Assembly (NCBI GenBank): GCA_976226885.1
Contig: OZ320319.1
Location: forward strand, 21,762,001-21,826,000
Length of the DNA stretch: 64,000 nt
From: Iphione sp. A-MEVVRFRX5
Lineage: Eukaryota
Reading direction: 5' to 3'
This document shows positions 1 to 14,604 of the stretch, one piece after another. The translations under genes were made by a program, and so were the position numbers. The stretch's first letter is position 1. The number at the start of each line of letters is the position of its first letter. Below the pieces are notes generated by a model that saw only the letters and a list, made by a program, of their open reading frames with translations, was not told the origin of the DNA and did not search any database.

Positions 1-395
1 GAACTGTCTATACAGTACGGGGGGGTCCATTGTCCATACGGCTGGTCTGCGTCAACAGACGGCATAGCACCCATTGGGGTGTGGAAGTCAGGAGGCAGCA
101 TTGTCAGGCAAGGCTCTAGTGCCCTCCGCCACCCACTTCTCCGAAAAGCAGATTGAGAAGACTGGACGAATGGACAATAGGGAGCTTCTTATGTATCCAT
201 ATAATAAGAAGGCGAGGAGGAATATTGTTGATTTGCATAAATCGTTCTGTATTTTGAGCAACTTTTGCTGACGCATATGTGATAAGCACTATACAGGTAC
301 TTCACCATCGCTGAACTATAGTCAACTGAATGTATACGTTAGTTCGTGCTAAACCTTGCTCTGACATCAAGTAGCAAAACGTAGCAGACAGGCTT

Positions 396-568
396 TTAAA
401 CCTCGCTAATACGACCACTATTGTTTCTGACCTCAAGTGGTCTGAATAGGGAGTGGTCTTATTAGAGAGGGGTATTTCTATATACGTATGTAATTCTGTT
501 CCTTAAAAATGGTCTTATTAGGGAGGTGGTCTGATTAGAGAGGTGCTCATAGTCCGAGGGGGACACTG
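396..568. mobile_element. Decayed Tc1/pogo-type MITE
   Basis: Right end GAGGGGGACACTG|TA; left part AAACCTCGCTAATACGACCAC; three internal RTGGTCT(T/G)ATTAG(A/G)GAGG repeats; same layout as the intact copy at 10921-11097. Left TIR is eroded. Confidence 0.6.
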
Positions 569-1099
569 TACATTTTCTTCAGGCTTCAGCGAAAATTATT
601 TTTAATAACTGCGTACTGCACATGTCTTTGGAGACACTGAAATATTTCACACCGGAACCGTCACCGTCACTGTTTGATATCCCCTATGTTTACTTGGAAA
701 CGCTCACAATGAAATGTTTTACATCAGTCCCCTATATATATGACGGAATCATGGCTAAACATTACTGTTGGTTTACCGGTTGATTCGGAGCCCATACTTA
801 TACACTATCGCTACGCAATAAGCTAGCGACCCTGGGGGTGGGGGTGGGGTGTAGCAGGGGGGGCACTGTGGGCTCAGACTGACATCTTATTTAGAAAGTA
901 AGCTGTTGTCATATCCATGCTGCTATCATAAAAAACCTGGAACTGACTTCATATGTTATCTCCGAATTTATGACGCTTTAGAGGTTTCCTGAATATACAC
1001 AGTAAACAGCATGCCGATGGACCAAAGAGCACATCATGTACATGTATATTATATTCTTTGCAAACTCCAACAAGAAAATATGCACCATAATACTATCAG

Positions 1100-1256
1100 A
1101 GGCAACTGGACTTGCAAGGCAACTCAGAACTAAGGGCATTTTGTTTCAGGTGTAATACTACAAGTATATAGTATATCAGAAAAGCAATCCTCTTTTAAGA
1201 GCAACTCTCCAGAACAAGCTGGTCCTTCTAGTGGTTGCATTAGAGGGTTTCTACTG
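1100..1256. mobile_element. Decayed MITE fragment, same TA-flanked class
   Basis: Ends GTGGTTGCATTAGAGGGTTTCTACTG|TA, resembling the right end of the other copies; left boundary uncertain. Confidence 0.4.
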
Positions 1257-4200
1257 TATATATGCACTTCAAATACAGAAACGATCATGTTTCATGGTGG
1301 AAACCACCTCTGTTTACAGGCTGATTTTATCAACATATGCATGTAAGGAATAATCTTGGCCTCATCGAGCCATTATATGCCTCATCAATGAATATTCATT
1401 GAAGATTCTGGCACAAACTACCCGCAGGATACTGAATGATGACAATCCACGCTCTCGGTTACGGTACTGTAATAAATATCTCAGTAGCGTAGTTTTGGTA
1501 TTTACTAGATAGTGGGGTTTACAAATGCTGTGTTTGTAGGCAGAAGTGCCGCTCACCGAGACAAAAACAGTTTTGAACTGGGGAAGATTGCCTCATCTTT
1601 TTGTTTTTTAGTGAACAAGAAGTGGCATTTTTCAGTCCCTGCAGCCTTGCCTCTCCTGGAAGCTTATATAATATGCATACAAAGTCAACTTTCAGCTGCT
1701 TCCTACAGTATTCCTCCATATGTATACATTAAAAAAAAATTCATTAAGAGGGACATGACTGTACACCTCACAGGCCTGAATGAGGGAACCTGATCGCTGT
1801 AAAAAAAATCACCAAAAATAGCCATGCTGACCTTCCCTTATTAGAGGGACTGAGTTCAAACCTAACTGCTTGTTTGGACAATATGGCTTCTGTCACTGAA
1901 GTGTGAACGGTCAAAAATAACAATGAATGAGAGGTGCTAGCAGGAGGCCTCCAACCCAATAGAAACTAAATCTGTCTTTAATAGTACATCAGCCTATACC
2001 TTCAGATGTATCCTTCAGCGAAATAATGCGAAACACTCACTATAGCAACAGCGGGGGGGGGGGGGCTGGTTCGTCCCAAAGACCAGCATTCAGATTTTCA
2101 ATAAGTGGGATCATTTGTAGCTTTCCGAGAACCTCTATAATTATACTGTTGCGCTCTATACAAAGCGTACGCTTACCCCAGAGGGATCTATAACGGTAAC
2201 TGAACTAGTCACCTTTACTGGTCATACCAGCAAGCCATCATGGCAGGACAAGGGTAGCATTTGCGTATTTGTATGTGTCCGTTACAAACATGACATACAA
2301 AACCCTTCTAAACATGAGGAGAGTGTATATGAATGATGTACATGCACACTTATCTGACCCTCACGTACATATATGCACACACACATATAAATACAAGCTT
2401 ATTACACGAGCACCGTAAAGCAGTACAGATATAAAAACTTAAAGCGAAGCCAACACAACACAAACCAATCACATGATCAAATACCAGGCTTTCAGTCATT
2501 AGGCAGTAAAACTGCAATGACAGGAAAGGCCTGTTGGTCAAGGCCAATAGTGGAGGTCACAACTAGTAGGTAGAACCTGGCCCCAACAACAGTGATAGTA
2601 CTGCTCTGAAAAGTGGTTTTAACCGGCTAAATCTTCAATATATTGCATAGTTACTACACATACTCATCCCACTAGGGTTTGCATACCTATTTATATAATT
2701 TTGGCCATATCAACCATCTACAGTCCAAATTGTGTAAGATGTCTTTCTGAATCAGTTGACTACGTGCATGCTAGACCATATATATATGCAAGGGTATAGC
2801 GCAAACATACGTACAAGGATCATAAGCCTTTCATAGACCCTCTCATCACTTATTTACTGGAACATGTATATACTGTATCGGTAGGAAGCAACAGCAAGAA
2901 GGCAGGATACAGTCTTGGAGTAAACCACCCACTTTTGGGTCAGTGGGTCAATGTCTCACCACTAAGCTCTCCTGCTGACAATATACATTGTGTACAGCTG
3001 CCGAGGTTTTGCCTTGTGATGGGTCTTAAATGTTGGCTGGATTTGTGGGTCTTTTTTCCCCCTCTCAGTGTACTGGATCCAGCGATTCATGGACCTATGG
3101 GTAGTTGTTTTTACCGCTTCTTCTCCCACTTTCCTCAGGAAGTGATGGGTGCGGGACTGCTCTGGGCGGAGGCTGCGGGACTTCTCTGGGGCGGGCGGCG
3201 AGGGCGTTCAAGGAGGTATTACTCACGCCTGCATGGAGCACCTGTTTACGTGATAAAAGGTGTCGACATTCACGATGTATGGATGGGGGAAGAAGGTGGG
3301 TGGGTTGGTGGGGGAGGGGGGGGGGGGGTCTCTTAACGGAAGGACTGTCCAAGCTCCCTTGTCACTCCTTCAACAGTATACACTGTAACCGTGTAAACGC
3401 CTGCCTCTGACATTAGGCACTTGCTGTCTGAGGCACTAAATCACGCCCTGTGTGTATGTTTGTGTACATGACTATGTGTGTCTGTGCGTAGTTGCAGACG
3501 TCTGCAGGTATATACATGTATGTGTGATGCGTGTGTCTGTGGGGTCCCCTCCTCACTCTCCTAACGTTGATCTGCATGTTATTGGAGTCACGTGACCCCA
3601 CTTTTCCTGAAGATGGCCATGATGTTATTTTCAATCAAATAGTCTGTAAATTTGATGATTGCATGAAAAGTACTTTCAGCTATTTCTATTCCAATGATAT
3701 TTAAACTGATGAATGCTATTTTGATCAAAGCCGAACTTCTCATCTTTCCCTGGAACTGAAGATTAGTTCCATCTCACTGAAGGTCACAGACTGAGGTATA
3801 CTAGCTACTAACCGGACCCTCTTATAGGGCCTGGCATTTTACTCAGCTATAACCAACTCATTTTTTGCCTACCAAACTGAGATAACAGAAGCCGTAGTCG
3901 CCCGGTGACACTTGAGAATGTTGGTTTTACACTAAACTGGCAGGGAATTCAAGATAAGATTATTTTCCACCAAAATTTCCCCTCCACATAGTTATGCATC
4001 GGGGGGTTTTGCTTTCAACAGGCCAGTTAAGTGGTCTCATCTCTACTTCACCTTAAATTTGAAAATACTTCACAACCTAACGGGTGAAAAAATGCGTTAT
4101 ATTCTAATGTATAAATGAAACATAACTAGATGTGCTTCTGCTTCCAAGATTCCCCTCCATCTTTAACAAGTGTTCCTTCACAGCTAGCTTGTCAGTTCTG

Positions 4201-4771
4201 AAGATTGCACACCTGTGATCTTTGAATATGACTGTTTTCTCTGTGCACAGCAACTGCTGCTACTGATACGAAACTTCAAGAACCTCGCAACGAAAATTCC
4301 CCTTAAAACCAGCCGGAGACATACCCAATCACCTGCCAGCCATCCTCCCTCCCTCCCTCCGCCCACCTCCTCCCCCACACACCAGCCTATGTATACCCCT
4401 GTCTTTTGCCTTCCTCTAGCCGGAAGAAAGTGTTGTAGGAAGGAAGGAGCGGAGCGTTTGAGAAGCTGACATACATCTAGGCGTGGTTCCCTGGTGACCA
4501 GATGGTTGGATATTCCTGGAAAGTTGCTGAAGGGATGGCCCCTAGTCTGGTGCAAGTATTGCCCAGGTGTACATAACTACTAATTGGACTCCTCAGGGCG
4601 GGGGGAGAGGGGGGGGGGGGAAGGACGGAAGGGGGAGGGAGACAGAAGTTGGAAGGGAAGAAGAGTGGTCAAAGTAGGAAGGAAAGGAGGGAGAGGGGAA
4701 AGGAAGGTTCTCATATTCTCCCCTGTCCTGCTCTTTAGGGGTCACTATGCTTGAGCAGTGTTCCAACTTAC

Positions 4772-4817
4772 CCCAGTGCGGCGTCTAACCATACAAACAG
4801 CGAACCGGGATACGTAC
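4772..4817 (-). CDS. Candidate internal coding exon of the unidentified minus-strand gene (phase 1 reading GTYPGSLFVWLDAALG)
   Basis: Long polypyrimidine acceptor TTTCTTACATTCTCTTCTCGCTTTTCCAG and donor GG|GTAAGT 46 nt downstream; open in two of three frames. Confidence 0.5.
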
Positions 4818-6384
4818 CTGGAAAAGCGAGAAGAGAATGTAAGAAACCGTGCCAGCGCCTCACTGTAACACTGTATACGTTATATGTACATGTATATCAT
4901 ACACAAGACGTGGAAGCAAGGGGCTCAACAGGGAATAATAAATGATCTTCTAGCGAGTCGTTTGCTTTCTCAACAGACGAATCTTATTGGAATTTGCAGT
5001 TAAAAGCCAGATTACTCATCAGTGGATGACTTTCTGCATGTCATTTACAGTAGCATGCATGCACCTAAAAATATTGTGGGTGCCTTTGGGAAAAAATGTA
5101 TACACGGAATTCTGTACATGTATATCATTTTTAAATAGTTGGATTTTTTTCAGCCACACAGGAGAGACATAGGCTACGGCTCGGAATGTGAACAAACTTT
5201 CTTTGTTAACTTTAGGTGGGAATATTTTTTCAAAATAAGTTTTTGAAAAATCACTCAGTAATGAAAAAAATACTTGTTCATATAGCAATTATATACTGAC
5301 ATCTTCTTCTATAATTTCTGAAACTTTCATACTGAATGAGACAAATCTGAACTAAGCAAATAAATTATATATTTTGTGGGTTCGACAGTTTAGAGGTAAA
5401 CTAACATAGCTGCAATTGTCAATTCCAGTGAAATTTTTAACATGAAAATTACGTCTGTTCTACTCTGGCTGTCATATCATGCCATACAGATAAACTTTAA
5501 AAATCATAATGATTTAGGGCTACCATGTTAGCAAATCATGTTATCAGTTTAATCTGCTGTCTTGAGACCTCTTACATCAACCTATCAAGTACCACAGTTT
5601 ACGTACGAGTGCTGATGTGAGCAAGTCTGTATTACTGATACTGAAAAAGCTGGTATGAGATAGACGAATTGTAAGTTTCCACCGGTTCAATCTACAGCCA
5701 TCTGACCCCTTCAACCTACAAGCATCACAGCTTTATGCTGATGTAAACGAAGCTCGGATTATAATTGTAAAAAATAAATGGCCATGAGGAGCAGTGGAAC
5801 CACTCGGTCGAGCCACTAAGTTGAAGTGCGCAATTTGCAAGACCAACAGCTGTTTCATACCAGCTACCAGGCCACACGTAAAGCAATATAGGCATCTAAT
5901 ACCAAAGATTTAACGCTTCAACTTTAGAAGGTAACCTAAGTGCAATAAAGACAGAGACACATGTATATGCATCCACACAAACACACTATCGAATGTAATA
6001 TGACTTTTATCCCCATCTCATGCTTCCCTCCTACTTCAATTGTTTGCCTCCTACTATGCTCTATCCTCTCTTCTGCCTCTCTCTCTTCCCCATCTTCCCT
6101 CTCTTTTATCTCTTCCCTCTGTCTTCTCTCTTCCCTTTATCTCTCCCCTCTGTTCCGTCTCTGTTCTCTCCCAGACTTTCTCTCTTCTCCTATTCTTTTC
6201 TTTCTCCTCTCTTCTCTCTCATTCTTTAACCTCCACCCACACATATTTTCTTATTGTCAATAACTACACACATTACAGCGAAGGCAAAAGATCACAAACT
6301 AAAAAAAAGGACATCAAAAGTCCACTCGATGCCCCCAGTCGCGTTCGGCCCTTTTATGGTACAGGTGGCGCCAGGAGCGGTCAC

Positions 6385-6415
6385 CTTCAAGTGTCCTTGA
6401 GCGCGTCAAACATCT
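6385..6415 (-). CDS. Possible 31-nt exon (RCLTRSRTLE), phase 0 to phase 1
   Basis: Acceptor CACTTTCAAG and weak donor AAG|GTGACC; chosen mainly because it links the phases of the 8368 and 4817 exons. Confidence 0.2.
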
Positions 6416-8367
6416 CTTGAAAGTGTCAGGAGGGACCCACTACTCGCCCCGGCCACCAGGTGGGGTTAGTGGGCCGCGGGCTAGGGTGTAGAGATCGGAT
6501 TAACTCTGAGACAAATATGGGACGTGACTGCAAACAGGTTCTCCTATATGGCGCCTCATTCCTCTGTGAACCTAAGAAATTCTAAGCTCTAATAAACCAT
6601 CATATGACCTTGATTCATGACCTTTCTCCTTTCACCAGTAACCTCATTTAAAAATTACTCATATTGTTAGACTTGCATGAGATCTGCACTATATACATAT
6701 TGAGAATCTTGCTATACATGATTATGCATATACATGTGCTTCATTCACAAACATTCAATTACTGGTGTAAATATGAAGTATGAAACGGTCAACAACTGTT
6801 AAACCAATTTCGCTCTGGAACCAGTTTTAGTACCGCTTGGTTTACGAGTGTGTTGTTACACTGTGGTAAACTCATAAGCCTCCTTCACCGATACAAAGTC
6901 TGATAAAATTTATTAGGTGAGTTTTAGCTCAATTCATTTTATGCTAGATCCTTTTACAGCTCAGTAATAAACTGTCACGTAAAAAAACAAATAAGACAAA
7001 TAAAATATCGTATTTTATTGTCCCGTTGGATCTATGCCGACCTTCTGGCAAAAATAACTGAACTATCTATAATTCTCCCTTGTGCCATCTATTTTAGTTC
7101 TTCAACTTTGCAGGCCAAACCTTCATAGTTTTCAGTCCAGTGTTGTTGACAATGATGGCCACATATTTTTCGCTTTTTTAAAACAGAAGTATGGGTGGTC
7201 CTTCTGGGCCATTCTGTCTCTCTCCCTCTCGTTCTCTTTGACAATAAAGGCTGAATTCAATGTCCTCAGGTTCCCATGACTCAGCAAGTGGTTAAGAAAT
7301 ACTTCTCAAAGAGCCATAATAAGGAGGAAAACATGTTTACGACGTGAGCGAATTCTCGTCCGAGAAACTTTAAACACCACCAAACGTTGGTGTATATCAC
7401 CAAGCGTATCAGAATCAGGATGTTTGTTTTTTTTCGCTTTTTTCCATACTATGAGGCTGCTTTCCAACCGGACACATTGATTGCTCTCCCGGGTTTAAAA
7501 AAAGAAAACAACTGGTTAAAAAAAACACATAGGTTCCTCTACTAGCTTTGTCTTCATTCTGAGTGTGGACTTTGGTCATATACTACGCCCCGTGATAGGT
7601 TCATTAAAGTCTATTATATCTTCCTAATCTTTTATAGTCAACTTAAAAACTCGTCACTGGAGAGTAAACCGATATGTATTTAATAATATATAGTGTAGGA
7701 ATTACCTCTAATTTAGTCTAAGTAAAGATTGTAAAGTACATCCATTTTCTCTCATTCACTGGGCAATTTTTACCATTTATATCATGTACTAGGTTATTTT
7801 GCCGATTTTCTGCCCTGTACAAGGTGATGTTGCCCATTGCGGAGACAATTAGAGTTGGCCATCCAACTTAATTCACGCAAACATACATGTATGTGTTTTC
7901 TATGGATTTTCCAGAGGGTCACAATCTGGTAAATGTACAGGCCAACCTGGGATAATATTTAAAAAGTTGCACAATGAGTGGCCAGCAAATGTCAACCTAC
8001 GACTCCGTATCACTGTTATATATACTTCCATAAACGTATATGTGTACATGGAGGAGCTGGGAAATTATCTACAAAATCACTTAGGAAACCATTTTTTAAA
8101 GAATTTCACGGAGTAAGGATGCAGACAAATCTAAGCCGGACACAGAAAACAGTCAGAGTCTAAAGGGAACCATATTTCAAAGGACAGTGTGGGAAAAAGG
8201 AACCAAAAAGACTCTCCGCTGGCCTGTAGAGGGAGCTACAGATACGACGGACTGAGTCATCTCCATGTAGCCACAGATCGTCAAAAATGGGTTACATTTT
8301 TGTCATTTTTTCTTCTTTTACTCTCTCTCTCTCGCCCTCCCTCTCCCGCAGTGTGTTTTTTTCTTAC

Positions 8368-8424
8368 CCTCCCCAGGTCGATGGGGTCCATTTCAGTGGG
8401 CGGTCTGGACCCGAAGAATAAACA
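8368..8424 (-). CDS. Candidate internal exon CLFFGSRPPTEMDPIDLGR
   Basis: Acceptor ATTCATGTCAG, donor AGG|GTAAGA, 57 nt, phase 0/0, compatible with the exon ending at 10237. Confidence 0.4.
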
Positions 8425-8498
8425 CTGACATGAATATATGGCTCTGGTGGACGGGGCCCTCTCCATAGTAAAAGCCAGCCCGCCCGTGTTCTGAGAAG

Positions 8499-8538
8499 GC
8501 TCCTCCTCCTCCTCCTCCTCCTCCTCCTCCTCCTCCTC
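8499..8538. repeat. (CCT)n trinucleotide microsatellite
   Basis: About 13 consecutive CCT units; source of the poly-E ORF 8281..8559. Confidence 0.95.
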
Positions 8539-10236
8539 CAGTTGTGTGACTTCAGACATGTAAAGTGCAGCCTACATTACAAGATGTTATCGGTGGAGAT
8601 GTGGGGGAGCTAAGGGAAAGGCACATTTGCTATATTATCCGAGAGGGAGCTTGTACTCAAGCTTTTGTTGTTGATGGATGATTTGCCGACTTCGGGGCAT
8701 ATTACCCACAATGCATGTCTATTTGTATTACAAGGTGTTATGACAGCAGACTTTTAACACTATTGCTTAAATACCAGCTTTTTTCAGGGACTCAAATGTT
8801 AAGATGCAGGAAACAGAAGAAATCTGCTCTGAAGCAGATACCACAATGCGTTAGACTGACTAATCCACATTTTTAACAAATACTATTTTTGCAAATGTAA
8901 GCTCATAATACCTTACCTTTCATTCTCCATATAAATGTACTTGGTAACACTTGAAACATTTTGACAAACATACGACCCAGTTTACAGACATGGGCGCCCA
9001 GCATATACTGAGATACCATTTATGAAGAGGTGAAAGCTGATAGTACTGTATAATTTACTAGTTATGATATACAACATTTATCAACTGTCAGGCACTTGCT
9101 GACATGGGCAGCTAGCCTATACTGACAGGTACACTGTACTATTCCTGATAATTCAAGCAATAGTCTACATCTTTATCAGCCAACAGCTGGCTACATTATA
9201 CAACACTTCTACTCAGCTCCAACTGGAATACAATTATATCGGATTTACATGTGTATCAAGCTACTGATACATCCCCCCAACCCATCCTCCCTACCTTTCA
9301 GTAACTATATAATAAAAAGGGCAAGAGAACTATGTCAACGCCTGTCTAGCCTCCTCTCTCTTACCTTTTATCATCTCTAGACTTTTACTTTATCGATTTT
9401 ACCACGAGGATCTACGAAAATGCTTTCCAGTACTTTGACTGCCTTGAGGAGCTGATAGCATTAAGGCAATGTCAATACACTTACGATCAAACTCCACACT
9501 TCAACAAAACTATGTAAGCAATGTTTTTGATGCTTGTTCTCTCTAGAGCACTTCTCCCATCAGGGAGGTGATAACAAGACTAAGGTCGAGTGGCACTGTA
9601 GAAAACTCTACAGGCAGTACTAAATAATGCAAACATGTTTGAAATTGAAGAAAGATTAATTCAATTAATAAACTGTCTCTTACTATACTGATCTATTTCC
9701 TCGAAATCCTCATGCGTTCGGATTCATTTACATCCATTTACAATGTCTTTTCTTTCTTAGACAAAGGAATAAGGTTACAGAAAGATATTTCACTTCAAGA
9801 AGGAATGAAAATAGCCACGTACCCTTCTGAGAAAGATATTTCACATACATGTACGTATTGACTAAAACTCACACTGTCACCGAACAAACTGAAATTCGAT
9901 TTTAAATTAGCACTGATCTATTCTACGGGTTCTGGACAGGCGTACTAGAGTCACATACATAGCTGCTTTTAACTGACAAGATTAGGTTAAATGGCAATGT
10001 TTATGTATTTAGGCCCCATACACCCTGAACTGTTGATACCAAGACTAGTGATACTTAACGCTGAACAGAGCCGCTATCTAGACATGGGCAGACGACATTT
10101 TTCCAGCGTTTATAATAATCTCTGTTTGCTCTGCCCAGCACTACCGGTACAGCTTTTAAAACTGACACTCATTTCAAGGAGAAAATCTAACATTCTCGAT
10201 AAACAGAGTAAGTGGAAAAAAACATGAAGCACTTAC

Positions 10237-10349
10237 ACCGACACCGACCGTTTGAGAAGTTGAGAACGTCCTGGGACGGTTCGCACTCTTATTTATGTCT
10301 ACGATGATATCGGCATCCAAGTCCCCCGAGTCATCTTCCATGTGATTGA
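10237..10349 (-). CDS. Candidate coding exon (V)NHMEDDSGDLDADIIVDINKSANRPRTFSTSQTVGVG
   Basis: Consensus donor GGT|GTAAGT; acceptor TTTTTGCAAG; only one frame is open; protein-like composition with an RxRxxS motif; 113 nt, phase 1/0. Confidence 0.55.
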
Positions 10350-10920
10350 CTTGCAAAAATCGCTTTTTAAAAAAAGGTCTAAATGTTCCCCCCTTCCCTG
10401 ACGAAATGATAGTTTTTTTTGAAAGGGTGATGCACAGGGTCTCTCTGTATCATCACCACACACTCGCAGTCGCATAAACATCCACTGACTACTGGACGTC
10501 GGCACGGAACACACATGTGGGACATAAAGCCGGTATCCTACGAAACGTCCCAGAACAGTAAATACGAAATTGCCCTGGCGAATCGTCCATCATTGAGGAA
10601 ATTATTATTGCTTAATAATGTACTAAAGATAAAAATCTTCATGAATTAAGTCCAACTCCTGTAATCATCATGTTATTACTAATAGCCATGCGTTATTACC
10701 TACCATGTGTAACCATGAATTGTACACATATGTACATATCCATGTACAGCAAACCCTCTGAGTGTGACAGTCTCATAACATGGGCTGAATCCTGGAATAT
10801 GCTTCTGGAAAAGTCTACCCAACTTCTGATCCGTACATATCGTAAGTGTTACGGATTCACCCAAAATTCAAATGTACGATAAGTGACGAGTCATATATGA
10901 GCTATATATACAGACATGTA

Positions 10921-11097
10921 CAGTGGAACCTCTATTTGCGACAATCCTTCGGGTCCTGCCAAAAGTGGTCGCATTGGTGAGTTTGGTTCCAAATTGATGA
11001 CTGCTAAGTATAGAGATCAAGACATTTCTGCCCTGGAAGTGGTTGTATTGCTGAGCATGGTCGCAGATCGGACCCGTTGCAAATAGAGATTCAACTG
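10921..11097. mobile_element. Tc1/pogo-type MITE, 177 bp
   Basis: TIRs CAGTGGAACCTCTATTTGCGAC / GTTGCAAATAGAGATTCAACTG (3 mismatches in 22), TA on both sides. Confidence 0.8.
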
Positions 11098-12528
11098 TAT
11101 ATATTCTTTTACATCACCAATCAGGTCCTAAGGACCCCTATATCCCCTGAAATGGGTGTAAGCAAATCGTGCACTTAAAGTTCACAAATTGGCCTGGGTC
11201 ATGCGAGGTAATAATGAATACAAATAGCTTACAAAACTATTTGGCGAATTATGAAGGTCGGACTAACTTTCCACACAGAGAGGCTATTGTAATGACCGAT
11301 AATGGAGCAAAAGGCTTTAAAAAAATGACGGGGTGAGGAAACTGAAAACAGCTAGGAGGGAACGGACTGCAAAGAGGGATGGATGGTCGAGTACGGAGTG
11401 TTAAAAAGCAGGGAATATAAACCCAAACATGGAAAGAGAGACAAAGGACGGCAACATACTCGACTCGATCCTAATGGAACAGAAACGGCCAAAAACGGGG
11501 AATAATAGGGCAGGGACTCTGGAGACGGGAGGGAGTGTCATGTGGTATATTCGAGCTAGGAGTGCTAAAAGCAAGGAACAAAAGGAAACGGAGCACAGAG
11601 CTCTAATAAAAGGGAATAATGGAACAAGGGGAGCTTGAAACACGAAATGAATGGAAGGGTCGTAGGCCAGGAAGGTAGGGGGGGGTGCATCACAAACACC
11701 GAGGGCTAATGGAATACGGAGGGCTAAGAACTGGACATAACAGGGTAGAGAAAATAGAGTGAAGGCCCTACATTGTGAAAAATACAACGCATAAGTGCTT
11801 ACGACCACGGAACTAAGAAGGGAGGGATGACAAGGAGGGGGTCCAGTCTAATGAGGGATACTACAACACACAGTACTAAAAACAGGGAAAGATGAGGAGA
11901 GAAAGACAGCATGAGACACTAACTGTACCTACCAAGGCCAAGTCCAGAGTGGTTCCGGGAAACATATCATTTACCTCTTTTTCGCCATATCTGCTATTCT
12001 ATGTTTGATTAATTCATTAAAAAATCGTTAAGTGCCGGGTTGTCCTAGATACGATGCGTCACTATCTCTGAGGTGGCCGCGTCCATTACCCTCTCTCCCA
12101 TCCTGGTCCCTTGTTTATCCTCCATCTCGGGAGGTTTGTTTACATCTGACCTACTGGTACCTCCCGGGTCCTCTTTTCAGGCTTACAGCTCTCTCGAAAC
12201 GTCTTCCTTCAAGTTGGTGCTTTTTATTCATGTTAACCTCCCATTTAGTCAGAGAGTCTGTCAATCTCAATCTACCTCTATGCTTACCGGTCTGTTTCTT
12301 TGTCGATGTGTGTGTCTCTGTCTCGGTTCCTCTCCTCTATCACTTGGTCTGCCTCTATCTGTCTGTCTGCACCTCCTCCCCTCTCTATTCCTTCCGTAGC
12401 CCTCATCCTCGCCATTTTCCGTCTATGTTACACTGCCTCTATCTATCTGTTGACTGGCTCTCTTCTACATCAGAAGGAAGTGTGCGAAGAGACCTGTAAA
12501 ATGACTCCCTCGCCTTCACTTAATTACA

Positions 12529-12705
12529 NNNNNNNNNNNNNNNNNNNNNNNNNNNNNNNNNNNNNNNNNNNNNNNNNNNNNNNNNNNNNNNNNNNNNNNN
12601 NNNNNNNNNNNNNNNNNNNNNNNNNNNNNNNNNNNNNNNNNNNNNNNNNNNNNNNNNNNNNNNNNNNNNNNNNNNNNNNNNNNNNNNNNNNNNNNNNNNN
12701 NNNNN
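12529..12705. other. Assembly gap (N run)
   Basis: N bases flanked by CT-rich sequence. Confidence 0.99.
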
Positions 12706-14604
12706 ACACCTGTCTGTCTCTCTTCCTGCTAGCTCCGTCCGTGTTCGTTACCCCCCCCCCCCATCCCCAATGATTCCTCCCTCCACCCCTCCCTCCCTCT
12801 CACTTGCTGCTACTACATAACCGTGGTAAGTGTAAGGACAGTCCCCCAGCCTTACGATCTGTGTCAGATCTTGTAGGAGACTCCACCTCAACCACCACCG
12901 TGACTCACAGTGACTCGTGTACCGTCTCCTCCTTCATACTTTACCTCATAGACATTCACGTGTCTTCTCTAACAATAGTTCATGTTGCAAATATGCATAT
13001 CTTGTTATCTTTTCAACAAGTGTTTAAACCCAGAAACTTAAAACTACTCCATTAAATCAAATTTGATTTTGCATGACATACAGGAGAAAGCAAAACCCTG
13101 CTCCCAACTACCGAGTCAAAATTAGGAAATACATGTACTGGTGGTCCGACCTGGGGATCAATATGCCGAAGGATGGTAGCAAGTCTAAGAGACTGTGGAC
13201 ATGGCTATCTTGATGAGAACCGTATCTCCATTCCTACACGTGTTGAGCATGTCTGTAGACATGCCCAGACCTCTCACAGTAAAATGTATCTATTTTTAAT
13301 TATGATTAATCCAGTAGATAGGTAACTCCAGTGAGGATTACAGACGCCACTAGCGACATCTACGCTAGTTTTCGGAACTAATTATGATTGATTTTCATAT
13401 TATGTGAAAATAACAAAATATATCGTAGTCTCCTCCTCCCACCATTTAAGGTGGCCTCGCTCCCGGAATTCCTGCCTAACACAACAAAATTTTCAAATAT
13501 TTACTATAGACTTCATAGCATGATCCACGTATACCAGCAACAAAAACCGCTTACGCATCAATTCAGGGTCCCATATCACGAACAACTGCAATATCTTCCC
13601 AGAAACTGTGGTGTCTATTATAACGTCTTGGTGGCTCCTTTTTAGAGACGAAATGCCACCTACTCTACATTCCTCAGTACACGTGGTTACTAAAATTACT
13701 CGCCGCTTATTCGTTGACTTTCAACCGTCACCTACAGGGCTGCCATATTCCATTTCAATATATTCAAGTCCCCCTACAGGCCACCAACAGGAACAAAAAA
13801 CCAGGTGGTATTTTGATCCGTTGTTTCTTGAGAGAAGGGGGAGGGAATGTTTTATAGCAGTGAGTCAACGCGCGTGGCTCTAACTATTCATTTATTCAGG
13901 TGCGTGTGTATGGCATGAAGACAAAAGTTCCCCTTGCCGTATGTACCTAGCACACCGGAGACTTCGACACTGGTCACCGTAACTGGGAGGACATATGGGC
14001 GGGCGTCACGTGACAGCGTCGGACCAACCAGCGACGAGGTCAACAAACTGAGGTCCGAAAACACTTCAATATGATATGTTCATCATTTGTCCATCTTTTC
14101 TTAACGGTGCTTTTTCATTTTTCTATGCTCCCTTTGACCAAGTTATAACTTGTATCTAGTTTCGAGTCTGATGTCCCACACGGACGACTTTCACTATGAA
14201 AATGGTAACTGAGATCACCTTGTTGTACATGTACTCTAAAGAGGTCGCGTTTTGTCCCCTCCAGCAAGTATCAATATGCGAGCATCTATGCTATTTATAT
14301 TCCAGTGCAAAGATACTAGCCAAAAGGCAAAATAACAATATGAAAAACGTTTGCAGAAATAGTGTCAAAAGTGAAGCTTTACCAATTAAGAGTATTCAGA
14401 TTCAGATTCAAAAGAATTTATTCAGAAATATCCAACTAGTATGCGAAGAAGACAGATAGAACAGTATAAGAAATAATGGTATTATCAATGAGAACTTTGA
14501 GAAAAGAAGGAGGTAACAGCAGGAATGTGAGAAGTAATACATATGGTGCTGATGACAATATCTCTCTCACTCTGCTCTCTGTCCCCTCCGTTTCTGCCGT
14601 TGTC

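Noticed and set aside
74-276. Overlapping ORFs 74..271 (+) and 88..276 (-)
   Set aside because: No recognisable motif or convincing splice sites; the length is expected by chance.
2177-2217. Minus-strand segment reading KVTSSVTVIDPSG|GTAAGC, echoing the VIDPSG motif of CNG channel alpha subunits
   Set aside because: The following NxYYxWL segment is not found downstream in the window, the acceptor is weak, and a 6-residue match is not enough.
4772-4817. AG|GTACGT at 4818 as a recursive site, and a loose resemblance of PGSLFVWLDAA to a PDE8 N-terminal stretch
   Set aside because: A consensus donor 46 nt downstream makes it an ordinary exon; the PDE resemblance is from memory, short, and unsupported by other exons.
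5990-6260. Leu/Ser/Phe-rich ORFs that look like membrane proteins
   Set aside because: Products of a degenerate CT-rich tract; the same applies to ORFs at 12.0-12.8, 24.0-24.4, 25.2-26.1 and 45.2-45.7 kb.
6468-6485. CTCF-like GGCCACCAGGTGGGG
   Set aside because: A single partial motif match with no supporting context.
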